From contig CAOJBM010000001.1 of the NCBI GenBank assembly GCA_948329525.1, forward strand, positions 407 through 64,406: 64,000 nucleotides of DNA, written 5' to 3'. Source of the stretch: an uncultured Mycoplasmatota bacterium (GTDB lineage: Bacteria; Bacillota_I; Bacilli_A; RF39; UBA660). The position numbers and the translations under genes are program-made. Below the pieces are notes generated by a model. It ran no database searches. It had not been told where the DNA came from and worked only from the letters and a program-made list of their open reading frames with translations. Shown here one piece after another: positions 60,671-64,000 of this stretch. The first letter of the stretch is position 1. Each line of letters begins with the position of its first letter.

Positions 60671-60770
60671 AGCAAATCTGGGCGGACGGCGCCATTGCGT
60701 TTATATCTATATTTGTTATACCTAGAACCATCTTTATTTACGCCGCGAACATCCCCATCGCCATCAGAAG
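60671..60770 (-). repeat. DGR template repeat (TR), 100 bp, about 210 nt upstream of the RT
   Basis: Non-coding copy of the VR, rich in AAY codons in the VR frame (AAT AAA ... TAT AAC AAA ... AAA CGC AAT); canonical TR-RT arrangement. Confidence 0.9.
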
Positions 60771-60843
60771 CCGACAGCTACGAGTAAAATGGTTAAATAA
60801 ACCCTCCACTTAATTAAAAACCTTTCAGTTTAAAATCCATAAT

Positions 60844-61425
60844 TTAATTTCTTTTTCTCCATCTTTCATCATCACTTTTTTTCCAAGCTGCAATAAGATT
60901 TATTGCTTCTCCTATTTGCAATGATATTTGTTTATATTGTCGCATTAATATGCAGTTAGAATTTTCAGCTATCATAGAAATATAGCCCAACATTTTAAGT
61001 TTTATTATTGCATCTTTCTGATATTCTTCTCTTTCTTTTTTATGTTCTTCACTATCAATTCTAATAAAATTAGCATTCAATAGTATTTCTAATGTTTCTA
61101 AACTTAAATTTTGCATACGATTAACAAATACACCTCTAAATTTAGAAGGAGATTTTTCAGTAATTGCAATAATATAAGCACCTAGTTTTTTTACAACTGT
61201 TATAACCATCAAATCATTTGCATTTGTTGGTATTTTATTAATTTGTTCTAATTCTTTATCTTTTTCAATTGACTCTATAACTTTCTTTTTATTAAATCTT
61301 TTATCATTTGCAGTTGCAAGAGCTTGTTTTACTGCAACTTTATCTTCTAGACTATTTAAATTACCGCTTACATTTTCTAATGTTTTAGGAATTTTCAAAT
61401 TATTTGCTCTACTAACTTGTAACAT
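60844..61425 (-). CDS. Basic helical protein immediately upstream of the TR; candidate DGR accessory (Avd-like) protein, unverified
   Basis: 193 aa, net positive charge, predicted helical C-terminal half; sits where avd is found in canonical avd-TR-RT cassettes; no diagnostic motif recognised. Confidence 0.3.
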   Translation of the reverse strand: MLQVSRANNLKIPKTLENVSGNLNSLEDKVAVKQALATANDKRFNKKKVIESIEKDKELEQINKIPTNANDLMVITVVKKLGAYIIAITEKSPSKFRGVFVNRMQNLSLETLEILLNANFIRIDSEEHKKEREEYQKDAIIKLKMLGYISMIAENSNCILMRQYKQISLQIGEAINLIAAWKKSDDERWRKRN

Positions 61426-61547
61426 AATATCACGACCTTATTTATATATTTAACTTAATTACAATACAAAACACTCCCATAGAATTAGAAGTGTCTTAAA
61501 AAGGTAGATTTAGGTACTGCTAATTACTACTACTTATAGAAGTTATT

Positions 61548-62036
61548 TTAATTATTTAAAAAATAACTTACAACTGATAGTTCTAAAACTATCCACAATA
61601 ATGTTTTTCTTATATTTTTTTCCTCAATAATATTACTTATACAATATTCCTTTATATATGAAATATTTACTGGAATTTCAATTTTTCTGCCATTTATTCC
61701 TATTGTTTTTAAAATTAGATCTGATGCTACGCAACTTCCTTCTTCAACAATAGCACCATCTTCTTCATTATTGTCATAGAAAAATTCAGTTACATCATCT
61801 ACTAATCTATTATTTTCTCTAAATTTTTCTGCTTTACCACTTTTCTTAATTTCTTCTAATTTATCATTAATTATTTGTTCTAAAACATTTTCTGCATCCG
61901 CATCTGATAAATCATTTAAAGATGATGTAAGTTTTTCTAAATCATAATAATATTGAATTGAGGTAATAGTTTTAATTTTGTCATCTAAAACTTCAGATAT
62001 TTTTTTTACATATTCATTTGTATTTTTTTTGTTCAT
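61548..62036 (-). CDS. Hypothetical protein with a C-terminal hydrophobic helix
   Basis: 162 aa. Confidence 0.35.
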   Translation of the reverse strand: MNKKNTNEYVKKISEVLDDKIKTITSIQYYYDLEKLTSSLNDLSDADAENVLEQIINDKLEEIKKSGKAEKFRENNRLVDDVTEFFYDNNEEDGAIVEEGSCVASDLILKTIGINGRKIEIPVNISYIKEYCISNIIEEKNIRKTLLWIVLELSVVSYFLNN

Positions 62037-62128
62037 ATCTAGCTCCTTATCTTTTAAAATATCTACCTTTTTGTTTTAGCACAAAACTCAACATTTTTCC
62101 CTTTTTTATTCCATTATAATTTATATAA

Positions 62129-62144
62129 CTTACTACATAGTAAG
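62129..62144. promoter_or_regulatory. Palindromic operator-like site CTTACTAcaTAGTAAG upstream of the XRE gene
   Basis: 7-bp inverted repeat with 2-bp spacer, 53 bp upstream of the ATG at 62197; a related half-site tagtagtaagta sits 25 bp downstream. Confidence 0.25.
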
Positions 62145-62196
62145 TATGGTTAGTTTTTCATAAACTTATTACAATAGTAGTAAGTAAAGGAAGGAT

Positions 62197-62460
62197 GTGA
62201 TGACAATTAAATTGAAATCTGATGCTCGTAGTATTCTAGCAAATAATATCATTTATTATAGATTACAAAAAGGTTGGTCCCAAGAAGATTTTGCAGATAA
62301 GCTTGGAACTACTCCTACTTATGTATCTAATTTAGAAAATGCTAAAAGAAATACTAGAATCGACTATATTGATCACATCGCAACTGTACTTAATGTTGAA
62401 CTTTTTCAATTATTTGAGAAAAGAGAAAATATTGAAAATCATCGCATTCCCAGGCGATAA
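62197..62460 (+). CDS. XRE-family HTH transcriptional regulator
   Basis: LQKGWSQEDFADKLGTTPTYVSNLENAKRNTRIDYIDHIATVL. Confidence 0.65.
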   Translation: MMTIKLKSDARSILANNIIYYRLQKGWSQEDFADKLGTTPTYVSNLENAKRNTRIDYIDHIATVLNVELFQLFEKRENIENHRIPRR

Positions 62461-62602
62461 AGAATACAATTAAAAAGTATTCTTTTTTTGTGCCAATTTA
62501 ATTATAACATAAAATTAATAATATCAACAACAATTTTGCTCCTCACAGAGGAGCAGTATAAAATTCGTATTTCCTATAAAATTATATATAGGAGGTATTG
62601 TT

Positions 62603-62866
62603 GTGAAAAATACTTATGAACTTTTTACCCTTATAGGGAAAAACATGAAATCCATAAGAAAAGATATAATTGGTAAGTCACAAGAAAAAATGGCAGAAGA
62701 TACAGATATGAGTAGAAGTTTTATATCTCATATTGAAAGTCCAAATGTAGATACAGGAATTTCACTAGATACCCTATTCTTTTTGGCTCAAAAATATAAT
62801 TTTGATATTAGAAAATTTTTTGATGGTTACGAAAATCTTATGGATAATGATAAGGATGCAAAATAG
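62603..62866 (+). CDS. XRE-family HTH transcriptional regulator (second, tandem)
   Basis: GKSQEKMAEDTDMSRSFISHIESPNVDTGISLDTLFFLAQKYNFD; AGGAGG RBS. Confidence 0.6.
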   Translation: MKNTYELFTLIGKNMKSIRKDIIGKSQEKMAEDTDMSRSFISHIESPNVDTGISLDTLFFLAQKYNFDIRKFFDGYENLMDNDKDAK

Positions 62867-62872
62867 CATCCT

Positions 62873-64000
62873 TCAGATTGTTGACAAAGTGATATGTTCA
62901 TAAAGAATGTATCGCTTTTTGTTTGCTATTTGTAAAAAATGGATAATATTTTTTAAAATATAAGCTAAAATGGCTTGATTTTGATGTCTTTTCCATCTCC
63001 AATTTGCCATTTTCTTTAAATTATGACATGCAAAGATTAACGTAGCATTTTGCTCGTTTTTTTTGAGTCCTCTTACTCTTGTAAATCGAAGTCCATGTTG
63101 TTCTTTACAATCTCCAAAGGTTCTTTCGATTGTCTCTTTTCGTAGGGGATAGTTTTCTTTCCATAATGGGGTATAACGATTCGCATTCATCTCTTCTTTG
63201 TATTCTTCCCATACATGTCGTGTTACTACTTTTTGATTATTTTTACTTTTCGTACATTGTTCTCTTAATGGACAATTTTGACATTTCTCTGGATTGGATT
63301 TGTATATTTTATATCCGTTTTTATCAGTTGTTGCATAACTTAGTATTTCATTATTTGGACAAATATAGCAATCGTAATATTCATCATATACATATTCATA
63401 TTTTTTAAAAAATCCTTTTTTGGTCATTGGTCTTTTATATGGCATTATTGGTATATGACCATTCATTATAATTTCTCTGCATATCGCTGGTGTTGCATAT
63501 GCTGCATCTAAACATAGATTCTTTATTTTTTCTTTAAATTTTTCATTTAATACTTTATACACCGGAAAGAACGATACACTATCATGGATGTTTCCTGGTA
63601 TAGTTACTTTTGCTATGACAAATCCATTTTTATCACAAAATGTATGGTGAGAATATGCAAAACATTTTTCTTTTTCTCCTTTATGAAAACATCCACTTTC
63701 TGGGTCTGTCTTACTTTCCTTTATATGTTTTGTTTCCACATTTTCTATTATTTCTCCCGTTTCTTCTGAAAACATGATTTCTCTTTTTTCTATATTTTCA
63801 ATGGGTTTCTTCCCATGTCTTTTTCTATCTTCATTGATTTCTTTTAGTAGTTCTTCTTCGTATTCTTTCTTTACTATTTCTACTTCTACATCTGTATACT
63901 TATTTTTATTGGCATTTGCTTTTTGATGGGTGCTATCCCCAAACACTGTTTCCATATCTATAAATCCATATTCCATTGCTTGGGATAAAATACACTCAAA
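62873..64000 (-). CDS. IS1182-family (IS5-like) DDE transposase, C-terminal part; N-terminus beyond window end
   Basis: Cys-rich CPNNEILSY...CQNCPLREQCTKSK and ETIERTFGDCKEQHGLRFTRVRGLKK motifs typical of IS1182 transposases; the ORF is open to the window edge. Confidence 0.75.
   Translation of the reverse strand, partial: FECILSQAMEYGFIDMETVFGDSTHQKANANKNKYTDVEVEIVKKEYEEELLKEINEDRKRHGKKPIENIEKREIMFSEETGEIIENVETKHIKESKTDPESGCFHKGEKEKCFAYSHHTFCDKNGFVIAKVTIPGNIHDSVSFFPVYKVLNEKFKEKIKNLCLDAAYATPAICREIIMNGHIPIMPYKRPMTKKGFFKKYEYVYDEYYDCYICPNNEILSYATTDKNGYKIYKSNPEKCQNCPLREQCTKSKNNQKVVTRHVWEEYKEEMNANRYTPLWKENYPLRKETIERTFGDCKEQHGLRFTRVRGLKKNEQNATLIFACHNLKKMANWRWKRHQNQAILAYILKNIIHFLQIANKKRYILYEHITLSTI

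Larger units (their letters stand above)
57030..61425 (-). other. DGR cassette: (Avd-like?)-TR-RT-target(VR)-small AAA-like gene, co-directional with the vWA gene (55373-57019) and terminator beyond
   Basis: Tight spacing, translational coupling and a single terminator at 55306-55345. Confidence 0.8.

Noticed and set aside
62853-62876. Hairpin AAGGATGC-aaaata-GCATCCTT as a rho-independent terminator
   Set aside because: A perfect stem is present but there is no U-run on either strand. It is more likely an IS-end or recombination inverted repeat, so it is reported only as an observation.

Overview
This is a very AT-rich window, typical of low-GC Firmicutes (Clostridia-like), and nearly all genes are on the minus strand. 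It has three parts.

(1) ~1-23.4 kb is a housekeeping backbone resembling the replication-origin-proximal region: pepE-like, rpsF-ssb-rpsR, ychF, DUF951, mscS, parB-parA, ftsH, tilS, yitT. It is interrupted by two islets of uncharacterised genes: one at 6.4-8.4 kb containing a decayed Bro-N antirepressor pseudogene, and a coupled operon at 14.0-18.9 kb.

(2) ~23.9-51.5 kb is an integrative conjugative element. Its large serine recombinase sits about 15 bp from a truncated fic gene. It also carries an FtsK-like coupling ATPase, a MobV-type relaxase with RHH partners, a CHC2/Toprim primase, a VirB4 ATPase, a VirB6-like membrane protein, an M23 peptidoglycan hydrolase, an SSB, an ICE-borne sortase, and a 927-aa VPNTG-anchored CnaB-repeat adhesin. 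It also carries many small acidic proteins and an N6-methyltransferase-like protein that lacks the catalytic motif.

(3) ~55.3-61.4 kb is a complete diversity-generating retroelement (DGR). The TR is at 60671-60770, followed by a DGR-type reverse transcriptase with the LGNQSSQ motif, and the VR is at 59036-59135. TR and VR differ at 10 positions, all at TR adenines. The VR encodes an N-terminal mini C-type-lectin/FGE-like domain of a MoxR/AAA_5-type AAA+ ATPase. That ATPase is in an operon with a degenerate AAA-like small protein and a vWA protein carrying an HExxH metallopeptidase-like domain. This looks like a hypervariable sensor-NTPase-vWA conflict-system-like module. It is followed by two XRE regulators and an IS1182-family transposase truncated by the window end.

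A 172-bp repeat with a palindromic core occurs twice, at 1972-2143 and at 34981-35152. The second copy lies immediately 5' of the mob operon. I recognised no rRNA, tRNA or CRISPR array.
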